Assembly (NCBI GenBank): GCA_038128265.1
Contig: JAYPJE010000009.1
Coordinates: 1-62,874 of the forward strand
Direction of reading: 5' to 3'
From: Gemmatimonadota bacterium
GTDB taxonomy: Bacteria; Latescibacterota; UBA2968; UBA8231
Length of the DNA: 62,874 nt
Below, in pieces: positions 36,153-45,890 of this stretch (its first letter is position 1; each line of letters begins with the position of its first letter). The notes beneath the pieces were generated by a model, which was given only the letters and a program-made list of their open reading frames with translations, did not search any database and was not told the DNA's origin. The translations under genes and the position numbers were made by a program.

Positions 36153-37867
36153 AGCCCATTGCCAGAGGCTGAATTGCCGGTGCCACTGCCGGGCTCAATG
36201 GAGAGAAATTGATTGGCCTGCACGTCGCGGAGCACGTCGAGCCGGCCGTCAGGCCAGCGCACCGTCAGCCGATCGACGCGCTGTGCCTGGCCCAACCCAA
36301 AGTGCAGCCGCATATCGTCTTGCGATATATACCCCGTTCCCGATCGCACCTCGCGCAGCTGGCTGCGACCGCCAACCTCGGCTACTACGCGCGCCCCAAT
36401 CGCTTGAGAATTATCGCCGTCACCGAGCAAACGCACCATAAGCCAGTTGTGGTCGTTGCCGCCGTCGTTGCGAAGCACTGTAGGCGCATCGTCGATGTTT
36501 ACAATAACGACGTCGAGATCCCCATCGTTGTCCAAGTCGCCCACGGCATGACCGCGACTCGATTTCTCAAGGGCAAAGCCCGGGCCCCGCCCGCGACTCA
36601 CTTCGGTAAATGCACTCTCCCTATTTTCAAACAGCTGGTTGCGCTGCGCATAGGCCGTGCCAATATCGTGCTGGTCGACGGCCGGGTATACGTGCCCATT
36701 TGCCACAAATAAATCGTCGTCGCCGTCGTTATCGTAATCAAAAAAACCGGTTCCCCATCCCAAATAGGTAATGCTCTCTTTGCCCAGAGACGTCGTAAAA
36801 CTCGCGTCGGTAAAAAAGCCGCGCCCGTTGTTTTGGTAGAGGGTATTGTTGTCGTGGGAAAAGTTGGTCACAAAGAGGTCGAGATCGCCGTCGCCGTCGT
36901 AGTCACCGCTGGCCAGCCCCATGCCGCCCTGTTCTCTGCCGTCCTCGCTGTAGGCCGACGCCGTTATCAGCGCGACATCGCTAAAGCGGCCGCCATCATT
37001 GCGATAGAGCGAATTGGGCGTCGAATCGTTGGCGATGTAAATATCGAGATCGCCGTCGTTGTCGTAATCGCCGGCCAGAGCGGCAAAACCGTAATAGTCG
37101 TGTTCCTCCAAGCCAAAATCGACGCTGGCATCGACAAACTTCCAGCCGCTTTGCCTGCCCTCATTGCGATAGAGCCGATCCGGCTCACCGGGCATGCCGC
37201 GCGGACCGTAAAACACGTTTATCCCACGCCAGTTGCAAAAGCTCATATCGGCGGGCACATACTCCGGATCAAAGTCTATGTAATTGGTCAGGTAGAAATC
37301 TAGATCGCCATCGCCGTCGTAATCGCCAAAGGTCGCCGCAGAGCTCCAGCCGGGGAAGTCGACGCCCAATTCGGCGGCGACATCGACAAAAGTCCCGTCT
37401 CCCATATTCTGGTAGAGCGCATTGGGGCCGTAATTGGACAGGTAGACATCGCTGTGGCCATCGGCGTTAAAATCGACGACGGTGACGCCCATTCCCCAGC
37501 CGATATGGGCGATGCCCGCCTCCGCGGCGACATCGACAAAGCGCCAGTCGCCTTCGTTGCGGAACAGCGCCGCGCGCGGTTCCTGTCCAGCAGGATAGCC
37601 CTGCAGGCGCGACCCGTTGACCATGTAAATGTCCAGGTCACCATCGCCATCAAAGTCGAAGAGGGCCGTGCCCCCCGTGTTGCACTCGACGATATGCTCT
37701 TTTTCTGGCGTCCCGGAGACCATTTTATGGACGATACCCGCTTCTACTGCTACATCGTAGAACTGTGGTCCAGAGCCCATATCCGGCCCCGAATCCGGCG
37801 TTTCTCCAGCGCAGCCGAGCATACCCATCAGCGCCGCACTGCCTAGTAGCGCGATCCATCCCATCAC
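36149..37867 (-). CDS. CRTAC1-family lipoprotein (FG-GAP/VCBS repeats plus ASPIC/UnbV)
   Basis: Lipobox MLGC; DYDGDGDLD repeats; GYISQDD.RLHFGLG; VRWPDG. Confidence 0.92.
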   Translation of the reverse strand: MMGWIALLGSAALMGMLGCAGETPDSGPDMGSGPQFYDVAVEAGIVHKMVSGTPEKEHIVECNTGGTALFDFDGDGDLDIYMVNGSRLQGYPAGQEPRAALFRNEGDWRFVDVAAEAGIAHIGWGMGVTVVDFNADGHSDVYLSNYGPNALYQNMGDGTFVDVAAELGVDFPGWSSAATFGDYDGDGDLDFYLTNYIDFDPEYVPADMSFCNWRGINVFYGPRGMPGEPDRLYRNEGRQSGWKFVDASVDFGLEEHDYYGFAALAGDYDNDGDLDIYIANDSTPNSLYRNDGGRFSDVALITASAYSEDGREQGGMGLASGDYDGDGDLDLFVTNFSHDNNTLYQNNGRGFFTDASFTTSLGKESITYLGWGTGFFDYDNDGDDDLFVANGHVYPAVDQHDIGTAYAQRNQLFENRESAFTEVSRGRGPGFALEKSSRGHAVGDLDNDGDLDVVIVNIDDAPTVLRNDGGNDHNWLMVRLLGDGDNSQAIGARVVAEVGGRSQLREVRSGTGYISQDDMRLHFGLGQAQRVDRLTVRWPDGRLDVLRDVQANQFLSIEPGSGTGNSASGNGL

Positions 37868-39123
37868 TGCACCCCCTTCCCAGCGCGTGCCAACGCACGC
37901 TGGCGCGCCGCTTTTCCCGCCTCGATTTGGCCCTGCTGTATGAGCGCGGTGCCCAGCCCATTGAGGGCTTCTGTCATATTATTATCGATTGACAATGCCC
38001 GTCGAAATGCCCCCTCGGCCTCAGCGTATTCCCCGCGCACCAGGTGGCTGTTCCCCCTGTTTTTATGCGCCAGTCCGTAGTCGGGCTTAAGCGCAACGGC
38101 CCGGATAAAGTGAGCCAACGCCTTCTCGTGCTGCCCCTGAAGCGAAAAGACCACGCCAAGGTTGTGCTGCGCTTCGGCATAGGTCGAATCAGATGCTACC
38201 GCTGCGCTAAACTGGACCAGGGCGCTATCCCACTCCTGCCGTTTTAGGTAAACCAGTCCCAGGTTAAAATGACCGGCAGCACGAGCAGCATCCGTCAGTG
38301 GCCGACTGCCCCGGTAGAGCAGGCGCCGGTAGTGGTCCTCATCCATGTCGGATCCGCTTAAACGTTGGAATAGTTCAATCATCTCCTGGCCATCGTCTTC
38401 GCGGCCCGTGCGCGCATAGAGCGTTCCCAGGCTATAGTAGGCTTCGGTATAGGACGGATCGGCTTCGACTGTCCGCTCCATGGCGGCGATAGCCTTGGAG
38501 TCGTCCTGTCTACGCAGGTAGATCAGCGCCAGGTAGTAGTGCGCATGAGCGCTTAGCGAGTCGAGCATTACCGACTGTTTGAGCGCCGTTTCCGCCCCTT
38601 CGTTTTCACCGCGCGAGCATAGGATAAAGCCCTTAACGAAATGCCCGTAGGCGTTGTCGGGAGCCAGCTCCAAACCGCGTTCGGCGGCCTGCAGCGCCTC
38701 GGAAAAACCATCCCCGCGTTCGTTGTGAAGCAGCGCTAGCGCCCAGTGCGCATCGGCCAGAGTCGGTGCCAGTTGCAGCGCTCGTTTAAACGAGGCAATG
38801 GCTTCCGTCTTCAGGTGCTCTTTAGCTTGGGATACGCCGAGATAAAAATGCGCGTCGGGATCTTCGGGGCGCCCTTCGACCACGCGCACAAACACTTCAC
38901 GAGCGGCGCGCGTACGCCCCTGTTGGAGATAGAGCCAGCCCAGTTCATACTCAGATTGCACCGTCGCCGAAGAACGATCTTTCTCGTACTCCTCCAACGA
39001 TGCCGTTGGCTTGATCGGCCTCAGTTCATAGGGTGCGTCTGCTAGGCAGCCCACCATCCAAAAAACCGCTAAGCCAACAAGCGCATACATATGGGAGCAA
39101 GGCGATGTATAGCGTTTCCTCAT
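37864..39123 (-). CDS. TPR-repeat lipoprotein
   Basis: MVGC lipobox; AHFYLG, AHYYLA, AYYSLG, GHFNLG, AQHNLG TPR units. Confidence 0.9.
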   Translation of the reverse strand: MRKRYTSPCSHMYALVGLAVFWMVGCLADAPYELRPIKPTASLEEYEKDRSSATVQSEYELGWLYLQQGRTRAAREVFVRVVEGRPEDPDAHFYLGVSQAKEHLKTEAIASFKRALQLAPTLADAHWALALLHNERGDGFSEALQAAERGLELAPDNAYGHFVKGFILCSRGENEGAETALKQSVMLDSLSAHAHYYLALIYLRRQDDSKAIAAMERTVEADPSYTEAYYSLGTLYARTGREDDGQEMIELFQRLSGSDMDEDHYRRLLYRGSRPLTDAARAAGHFNLGLVYLKRQEWDSALVQFSAAVASDSTYAEAQHNLGVVFSLQGQHEKALAHFIRAVALKPDYGLAHKNRGNSHLVRGEYAEAEGAFRRALSIDNNMTEALNGLGTALIQQGQIEAGKAARQRALARAGKGVQ

Positions 39124-39162
39124 CCTATAGAAAATACTCGCTATTAGCGGACTGACAACAAT

Positions 39163-39198
39163 AAACGCCCGGCCTCCCCAAGAGGAGACCGGACGTTT
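39163..39198 (-). terminator. Putative intrinsic terminator
   Basis: Imperfect inverted repeat AAACGCCCGGCCTCC / GGAGACCGGACGTTT, then TTTATTGTT on the minus strand. Confidence 0.6.
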
Positions 39199-39234
39199 GG
39201 AGGTATAGCTATCTTGAGAAATTCAGCGGAAGGT

Positions 39235-41868
39235 CTACTGCTGCAAACCGGCGAAGACGCGAATGAAAATAATCGAGTTTGTCTCCGTCGCCTCTTCAAA
39301 CGCACGCCGCTCCCAGCGAAATCCGGTATTCATGGTTAGCGAGTAGCCCAAATAAGCCGACTGATTTGACAATTGGAAGGCCAAAACAGTTCCGGTAAAA
39401 TCGTCTACGTAGCCGGGAGGCAGGATCTCGGGACGCGCTTCCAAGTTCCGGAAGAGATTCCATTCGACGCCGTATTCCAAAAAGGTCGTCGGCAGGATAA
39501 AGTATTTGGAGGTCAGCATGTAAAACTGCGACCACTCCGTAATGTCCAGTTCCGTGCTAAACGTCGGATTGATTTTGCGGTAGATACTCTTCCAACGCGG
39601 CCAAAGCGAAAGGTTGTCGGTAATCGGCAGCGGATAGTCAACCTTGTTGATTACGCCGAGGAAGAGGCGATCGTTTTTCACGTCGGCCTCGTCGCCGCGC
39701 TGCTTGAAAAAATCGTATTTGACCTTGTTGTAGACGTTGAGATTCTTCAGACGCAGATAGTCAAAAGTCAAGTACCCGGTATAGACGAACGTGTCCTGAG
39801 TAATAAGGGGATCGACGACCTCGGTAAACCCATCCGGATCGACCCACTGAATCACATCGTCGGCAATATCGTCTTGGACGGAGCGCACGTACTGGAATAC
39901 GCGTGCATCAATTCCGGGCCAATTCCATCGGCCGGTAGCAATCGCATAGTTCATAGCGGCCGTGCGCTTGCTGCTGATCTCGTCCATGCCCGACCGACCA
40001 ACGGTCAGCTTGATGTGCTCGTTGAGAAATACACCGCCATAGACGTTGTAGCCGTCGCGGTCCTGTCGGTAGGGATAGTCGGCATAGACGTCGTTTTCAA
40101 AGCGATCGATAACGTTGTTGTTGTTCATGTCGACGCCAAAGAGAAATTCGGGCGGATCGACGTTGTAGCGCAGAAACGGTTCGGCAAAGTCCGGCAGACC
40201 GTTGGAGTTTTGGTTGAAGTCGGAAATAAAGTCCGAATTTTCATCGTAGCCTGGAAAGACCTGGGGGTCAGCCTGGCCACCGATACCGAAGGGCGATTCA
40301 CCAAAGGCAAAGTCACCGTTTTGCCACAGCCGCTTCCAGTCGGGGAAACGGTCCTGATCGTCGTTGTCGTCGACCGCTTCAAAGGTGTAGCGCTCCGGCT
40401 GCTCGTAGTCGACAAAGCCGCGCGCATCTGTTATGAATGCATTGGTGCGATATTCGGGCTCCATGCGGTAGAGTTCGCCGTAGGCAAACCAGGGATAGGC
40501 GTCCTGCGAGGCCGTCACGTAATAGGCCATCCCCTCGTCTTCAGCCAGCTCGTGCTCCTGAAAGTTCTGGTTGGGAAAACGGCGGTAGTCGCGGCTCATC
40601 GCTACTTCAGAGCGCAGGTTAAAGCCTTTCACATCGTCGATATCGAAGCTGAGACCGATAATATCTTTGCCAGTGGGCAGGCCGTATTCAAAGCGAATAA
40701 AGCGCTGATTCGAGCCATCGCTGACGTTCCCATGCGCGCGCTCGACCAGCAGAAAGACCGGCTCGCCCTGGCTGTTTACCTGCAGGTTAGAGGTGATATC
40801 GATGCGGTAGTCGTTGGCGATGACCAGCTCAAATTCAATCTTCTGGATTTCCTGAAACGTCGTGATCTGGTCGTCGGGCTGCTGACGAAAGTCGCGCGAG
40901 ATATTGTAGGTCAGTTCGAGCGTCTCGGCGCCATCGGCTTCAATCACACCCGCGCGCCGCACGCCGCCGCGCGGCGAGGGAACGATTTCAGGGTGATCGA
41001 CGCCGTTAATAATGATGCGCTCGGCAAAGAGCTGCGCGCCGCCGTCGCCATCCTCGGGCGAGTCGTCGGACAAGCGCAGGACGATGGTCTCCACGTTGCC
41101 GCCGTTCTGCGCCTCTGTCAACACGCCCTTTAGCGAGTTATCGCCTAGTTTACGCCCCGTCGCAAAGTTGGAAACATTGAGGTAGGTCAAACCGAGGTTG
41201 GAAAAGTCACCCAACTGCACTTTGGAGTGAATTCCGAAAAGGTTGGTCATATCGCCGAGGATCTGCCCCGTCGAGTTCTCAAACTGGATGCGGGTGCCGG
41301 GCGATGCCAGGCGCGAAGCGACGATCGTCGTCTGGTATTTGTCGGAAGCGAAGTCCCACTGCACGCCGTTAAAAGCCGGCTTGGAAAACGTCAGCGGCGT
41401 CAGGGTTGAACGAATGGCTTCGCCGATGGTCATCGACGAGTAGAACTGTCCTTTCGACATTGAAGAAACGACCATATTGCTGAACCAAGAGGAGTACTTG
41501 GGCCCCTTGCGCACGATGCTGCCCGACGTCGTCGGACTGTCGATCGTCCAGTCGAAAATTTCAAAACCGCGCGTAATGTAGTTGCCGTACATGTCGTAGG
41601 TCCGAAAGCCTTCGAGCTCGGTCGACACGTAGCGCTCGTAATTCTCGCGGGCGTAGTTGCTGTATTCCTCACCGGTCCAGCGATAGAAATTGTAGAGGCT
41701 CTGCGGGTATTGCCACTTTCTCATCGCTGGCGTCATCGCCATATCGTAGACATCCACACCATGTGGCTCTCGCCCAGTGACGAAGCCGAGGCGCTGTGCG
41801 TATACGCTATCGCCCACTAGGACGACACCGATAACGGCAACGTAAAAAGCGCGTAACAAACACCTCAC
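39235..41868 (-). CDS. Large secreted protein of unknown family, probable outer-membrane beta-barrel with Asp/Asn-rich loops
   Basis: GTG start after a GAGGGAGG RBS, signal peptide (VYA-Q), aromatic-rich alternating strands, terminal strand IIFIRVFAG, DDNDDQD/DENSD/DMNNNNVID loops. The barrel call is inference. Confidence 0.75.
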   Translation of the reverse strand: MRCLLRAFYVAVIGVVLVGDSVYAQRLGFVTGREPHGVDVYDMAMTPAMRKWQYPQSLYNFYRWTGEEYSNYARENYERYVSTELEGFRTYDMYGNYITRGFEIFDWTIDSPTTSGSIVRKGPKYSSWFSNMVVSSMSKGQFYSSMTIGEAIRSTLTPLTFSKPAFNGVQWDFASDKYQTTIVASRLASPGTRIQFENSTGQILGDMTNLFGIHSKVQLGDFSNLGLTYLNVSNFATGRKLGDNSLKGVLTEAQNGGNVETIVLRLSDDSPEDGDGGAQLFAERIIINGVDHPEIVPSPRGGVRRAGVIEADGAETLELTYNISRDFRQQPDDQITTFQEIQKIEFELVIANDYRIDITSNLQVNSQGEPVFLLVERAHGNVSDGSNQRFIRFEYGLPTGKDIIGLSFDIDDVKGFNLRSEVAMSRDYRRFPNQNFQEHELAEDEGMAYYVTASQDAYPWFAYGELYRMEPEYRTNAFITDARGFVDYEQPERYTFEAVDDNDDQDRFPDWKRLWQNGDFAFGESPFGIGGQADPQVFPGYDENSDFISDFNQNSNGLPDFAEPFLRYNVDPPEFLFGVDMNNNNVIDRFENDVYADYPYRQDRDGYNVYGGVFLNEHIKLTVGRSGMDEISSKRTAAMNYAIATGRWNWPGIDARVFQYVRSVQDDIADDVIQWVDPDGFTEVVDPLITQDTFVYTGYLTFDYLRLKNLNVYNKVKYDFFKQRGDEADVKNDRLFLGVINKVDYPLPITDNLSLWPRWKSIYRKINPTFSTELDITEWSQFYMLTSKYFILPTTFLEYGVEWNLFRNLEARPEILPPGYVDDFTGTVLAFQLSNQSAYLGYSLTMNTGFRWERRAFEEATETNSIIFIRVFAGLQQ

Positions 41869-41917
41869 GATGGGACCCTCCCTCTTTATCGATCGTTTAT
41901 CTTTTAAGACCATTTCA

Positions 41918-43888
41918 TCAATACGCCACGGCAATGGTGCCCATGCGCACAAAGTCACCTATGCCGCTTTGAACCTCTAATACGACCAGGTAATTGCCCG
42001 GTGGAACGGCCTCCCCCGCTCCATTTTTCCCGTCCCACGCCTCCGTGTAAATCCCACCTACCTGTTCGCGATCCACCAACAGACGGATCAGTCTGCCCGC
42101 CAAATCGTAAATACCGACTCGAATCGGCTTGGGCTCTGATATCTGGATTACAGTATACTCGATGTCGACCGCGTCGTTTACGCCGTCGCCATTGGGTGTG
42201 AAGACGGGCGGATCAAACGCGACACCGCGCACAATTTCACCCACTGATTCCTGCGTTAGCGCCACCCGCAGCGAGTTGGTCGATACGTCAAAATTGGCAT
42301 CGCCTTCAAGAACGGGCTGCCCGAGAATATCCGATTGAGTATCCCAAACGGTGCCAGTGAAAATGGTCGCAAATACGACGGCGGACCCGCGAAATAGCAC
42401 CCGCAGCGGCACGTTGTTGTTAAAGTCTATGCGATTTTCCGTAAAGACCACTTCGAGGGCATCGTCCGTGGCAATTACTTGGTCCGGCTGGACCGTTTGC
42501 AGGGGGTTTCCCATCTGCAGCTCGACAAATTCGGCTGGCGTAGGCGTATCAATGCGCAGCGCATCAAAGCCATTTTCTGACGCATTGAGTATCGTTGCGC
42601 GAATGTCGTAGGCAAACAGCACCTCTTCCCCCCCATCAATGCTGGCCAAAACCACGGCATCGTCTTTGTCGATGACGCCAATATTAACCGGAGGATTTGG
42701 GTCATCAGCCAACGAGATCTCGCCGACTACAGCGGCCGCGGGCGGAATCGAATGCTCTATGACGAGGGAATCAATGCGCGCCGTCTGGGCGACCGACTCA
42801 CTTTCCATCACGATTTGCAGCTGAAAATAGGGGCGCGGGCTGGGGAGCGGGATGCGCTGGCCCGATGACAGCGGCAGCGACCAGGCGCTCCAGTTTTCCG
42901 TATCCTCTTCGATGCTCCCCTTCTCGCCCGAAGGCAGCGAATTGTACTCCGATTCGCTTACTACTACCTGACTGACGGCCCTCGTGTTCTCATCTATAAC
43001 GCGCTTGTAGTGGATGAGCGGGCTGTCGTCGAGACCCGTTTTCATGCGAATAGCAACCGAAGTGGCGCCGCCATCGGCCAGTTCAACCAATTCGCCGTCA
43101 AGCAATTCCAGCGTGCGCGTGGCCCACGAAATGGACCCGTAGTTGGATACGCTGCCGAGGTTAACGACGTTGCTCACATAGGTCGCGCGCGGAACAAATC
43201 CGTTGCCATAGAGTTCGAACTCTGCGAGTTCAAACGGATTGCGCGACCCTACGCGCAGCCGGATAAAGCGGATAAACTGCTGGGGGAACTTCATGGCAAA
43301 TACGCTGTTGGGATTGACCGGGATGTCGCGCAGCAGCGAAAAGAGCGGCTGCTCGTTGACGTAGGAAACCCCATCGCTGACAAAGATCGTATGCTTGCGC
43401 ACAAAATCCTCCGCAAAGGGACGCCCATTGGCCGTCGTCCCTTCTTGGCGGGGATAGAAGCGCAAGCTGTCGGCCGGCACGCGCGAACCGAGATCAAAAA
43501 CGAAAGCGCGTCCGTCCTGGTCGACGCCAGCGCGCTTAAAGAGATCTTCGGTGGACGACAGCCCGTTGCCGTCGACAATGCGCAGTGCGTCGGCGCTCTG
43601 AAAGGCGGTATTGTCCCACAGCGCCGCATCGCCTTCGCTAACGACGTCGTTGGGTTTGCCATAGCTCCAATTGAGCGTTGTGATAATATTTTCGTCGGGA
43701 GTAAAACCGCGAATCTGGATCGAGCCGGGATTCGACTGGTCGTCAACCTGCGCCCGCACCTGCACGATATCGCCCCATCGAATGCCGCTAACGCCTCCCA
43801 ACACCCACTGGTCGGCCCGGACTGACGCCGATCCTAGGACTGCGACCAACCCCACCAGAAGCGCTAAACGACCTGTTGCAACGGCCAT
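41918..43888 (-). CDS. Secreted FlgD-Ig paralog A (shorter subfamily)
   Basis: Signal peptide (VRA-D), WVLGG..G..W, FDLG, NYG.I.W, WSAWS, VSTNSLRV, FTPNGDGVND, WDG, ends VAY. Confidence 0.87.
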   Translation of the reverse strand: MAVATGRLALLVGLVAVLGSASVRADQWVLGGVSGIRWGDIVQVRAQVDDQSNPGSIQIRGFTPDENIITTLNWSYGKPNDVVSEGDAALWDNTAFQSADALRIVDGNGLSSTEDLFKRAGVDQDGRAFVFDLGSRVPADSLRFYPRQEGTTANGRPFAEDFVRKHTIFVSDGVSYVNEQPLFSLLRDIPVNPNSVFAMKFPQQFIRFIRLRVGSRNPFELAEFELYGNGFVPRATYVSNVVNLGSVSNYGSISWATRTLELLDGELVELADGGATSVAIRMKTGLDDSPLIHYKRVIDENTRAVSQVVVSESEYNSLPSGEKGSIEEDTENWSAWSLPLSSGQRIPLPSPRPYFQLQIVMESESVAQTARIDSLVIEHSIPPAAAVVGEISLADDPNPPVNIGVIDKDDAVVLASIDGGEEVLFAYDIRATILNASENGFDALRIDTPTPAEFVELQMGNPLQTVQPDQVIATDDALEVVFTENRIDFNNNVPLRVLFRGSAVVFATIFTGTVWDTQSDILGQPVLEGDANFDVSTNSLRVALTQESVGEIVRGVAFDPPVFTPNGDGVNDAVDIEYTVIQISEPKPIRVGIYDLAGRLIRLLVDREQVGGIYTEAWDGKNGAGEAVPPGNYLVVLEVQSGIGDFVRMGTIAVAY

Positions 43889-44634
43889 TATTGGACCGCC
43901 TCGCGCGGCTGCAGCGCCATGTAGATTTCGCGATCAAACTTGTATTCGAGGTCGATTGTTTCGACCGGTTCGCCCTTATAGTCAAAGCGAATCGCCACAT
44001 CCGATATCTGCACGGAAAACGCATCCACGTCGTTGTGCAGGGTGGGAAAGACGATATAGCCTGCGGTCTCCTGACCGCTAAAGACCATGTCCGGCGGGTA
44101 TACCGTGCGCACCAACTGGTCGGTAATGGCCTCGTAGGCGCGGCGTTGGGTGCCGGCATAGGCGCGGAGATAGGGGCTGAAATAGTCTTCGAGCAGGCCT
44201 TGATCTAAGGCCTCGTACACGCGGTTGTTCGCCGATCTGATAACCAGCGCATCCGGGTCCAGGAACACCTTGGGATACTCGTAGTTCTTGACTTTCAGCA
44301 ACACCACAGTGAAGCGCTGCGGCGTCCAGTCCTGCCCCCACGGTTTCCAATTACCATAGGTATAGGGATTCGTCGACTCCGCCCCGCGGTTAGATGCCGC
44401 GGCAAATTGGCGGTTGAGGAAGTCATCGCGAAGGACCTGCAGAGAAATTTCCAGGCGGTCCTTGGAATAGACGATGGTCCCATCGTCCAGCACCGCCATC
44501 CCCTCGTTTTGCGTCGATGCGGGTTCGGGGGCCGTTGCGAAGCGGCGCTGTCCAACCTGCGACACGCATCCCGTCAAGGCGGCAGCCCAAGCGGCGACCA
44601 AGACCACATTGCAAACGATTTTCCGCACGTTCAT
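43888..44634 (-). CDS. Hypothetical lipoprotein
   Basis: MNVRK...ALTGC lipobox; NPYTYGNW; beta-rich C-half (GYIVFP); stop overlaps the next start. Confidence 0.82.
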   Translation of the reverse strand: MNVRKIVCNVVLVAAWAAALTGCVSQVGQRRFATAPEPASTQNEGMAVLDDGTIVYSKDRLEISLQVLRDDFLNRQFAAASNRGAESTNPYTYGNWKPWGQDWTPQRFTVVLLKVKNYEYPKVFLDPDALVIRSANNRVYEALDQGLLEDYFSPYLRAYAGTQRRAYEAITDQLVRTVYPPDMVFSGQETAGYIVFPTLHNDVDAFSVQISDVAIRFDYKGEPVETIDLEYKFDREIYMALQPREAVQ

Positions 44635-44731
44635 GGAAAAAAGCCTTCCTTTTAGTCCCAAGCCCCACCGGTGCGCTCGGAGCATCTAGAAATTTCTCAG
44701 TCAGAAAAACAACAGCGATAAACAGCTGCGA

Positions 44732-44773
44732 TAGATAAAGAGAGATGAGGTCACCCCCATCTCTCTTTATCTA
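44732..44773. terminator. Strong hairpin after the first gene of the locus
   Basis: Perfect 16-bp inverted repeat TAGATAAAGAGAGATG / CATCTCTCTTTATCTA. Confidence 0.7.
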
Positions 44774-44829
44774 CACAAATGGAGCCTATAGTGACATTGC
44801 TCTCAATACAGGCTTCAAGGTCTCAGACC

Positions 44830-45732
44830 TTAGTTGGCCATACGAGCCTTGAGACGACCCCAGCTATCGGCCTCGACAGCAGTACCACCGCCGCCCGAGC
44901 CGCCCGTGGCGCCTTCGGTCGGAACCGTGATAAAGTCGGAACCGTTGGAGTTGTCCTGGAACGCGCCGTTAACCGGCGTGGTGCCCGGCTGCTTCTCGCG
45001 ACCGGCTTCCGGGTTCTCCGTCTCGTCGAACTGGAAGGTCAGACCAAAGATCTGATCCGGGGCGAAGTTGTGGCGCTGGCTACCAGCAGGACCCGTCTTG
45101 TCGTGGAACGTCCACGTGGCCTGCTTGACCTCGTAGGTGTAGGTGACCGTGCTACCAGCGGGCTGGGTCAGCGGACGAGCGTCCGGCGGATCCAGGGTCC
45201 AGCTGTAGAGGAACCAAGGCTCCTCGGTCGACCACAAGATGCTCTCCTGCGGCACGTTGAAGATCCAGGTGTCCTTCTGACCGGCAGCGGGCAGAATGCG
45301 AACGCCATACTGCTGACCAGAGGTCATCTCGGTCTCGTTAAAGTTCTCGCTCGAGTGGTCCGGGTCGACGATGATTTCCAGCGAGTCATCGTTCCAATAC
45401 TCCTGCGGGTTCTCAACAAAGAGACCCAGGGAGTCATCCGTCACGCGGGCGAAGTAGTACAGCGAGTTATCCGGAGCAGAGCTCCAAGCGACGTACAGGA
45501 CACAGTCCCAGTCGTCTTTGGCCGGCGGCCACTCGCTACCCAGGATCTCGAACATCGTGTCCGGGGTAATGGCAAAAGCCGGGTCGATCCAACCCCAGTC
45601 ATCGTCGTTGCCGTCGATAACCATGGCATCGGGATTGGGAACCTGCGGCATGAAGTATGAAGCCTGGTGGGCAAAAGCCACCGAAGTCGTCAACATCGCG
45701 CCCATGGCGAGAGCAATACCGAGTTTCTTCAT
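44830..45732 (-). CDS. Secreted DOMON/CBM9-like protein with C-terminal TAVE..SWG..K tail
   Basis: GGAGG RBS, signal peptide (AFA-H), VIDG..DDW, VAW....LY...RVTDD, W.DDSLEI..D.D, YE, G-rich linker, TAVEADSWGRLKA. Confidence 0.85.
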   Translation of the reverse strand: MKKLGIALAMGAMLTTSVAFAHQASYFMPQVPNPDAMVIDGNDDDWGWIDPAFAITPDTMFEILGSEWPPAKDDWDCVLYVAWSSAPDNSLYYFARVTDDSLGLFVENPQEYWNDDSLEIIVDPDHSSENFNETEMTSGQQYGVRILPAAGQKDTWIFNVPQESILWSTEEPWFLYSWTLDPPDARPLTQPAGSTVTYTYEVKQATWTFHDKTGPAGSQRHNFAPDQIFGLTFQFDETENPEAGREKQPGTTPVNGAFQDNSNGSDFITVPTEGATGGSGGGGTAVEADSWGRLKARMAN

Positions 45733-45890
45733 CGCAAAACCTCCAATAGCTCGGAAATGGTAGAAAGCCCGGACGAACTGTCCGGGAGGAATGAAAAGGA
45801 AATAGCAAACTGTAATTTGTTCCGAAGAGCGTTTAGGCCAGCTACCTCCTTTGGCTAACAAGTCGGGATAAATCCCATATTTAGGTCCGA

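Noticed and set aside
34512..37867. Short recurring nucleotide motifs (for example TCGCCGTCG) as a DNA repeat array
   Set aside because: Explained by protein-level DxDxDGD FG-GAP repeats.
39373..41133. 586-aa plus-strand ORF
   Set aside because: Antisense shadow of the strongly codon-biased minus-strand gene; no recognisable motifs.
44779..45660. 293-aa plus-strand ORF
   Set aside because: Antisense shadow of the DOMON-like gene.
17128..45732. Prophage, integrative element or contractile injection system
   Set aside because: No integrase, att-like flanking repeats, or capsid, tail or sheath signatures; the proteins carry Sec or lipoprotein signals.
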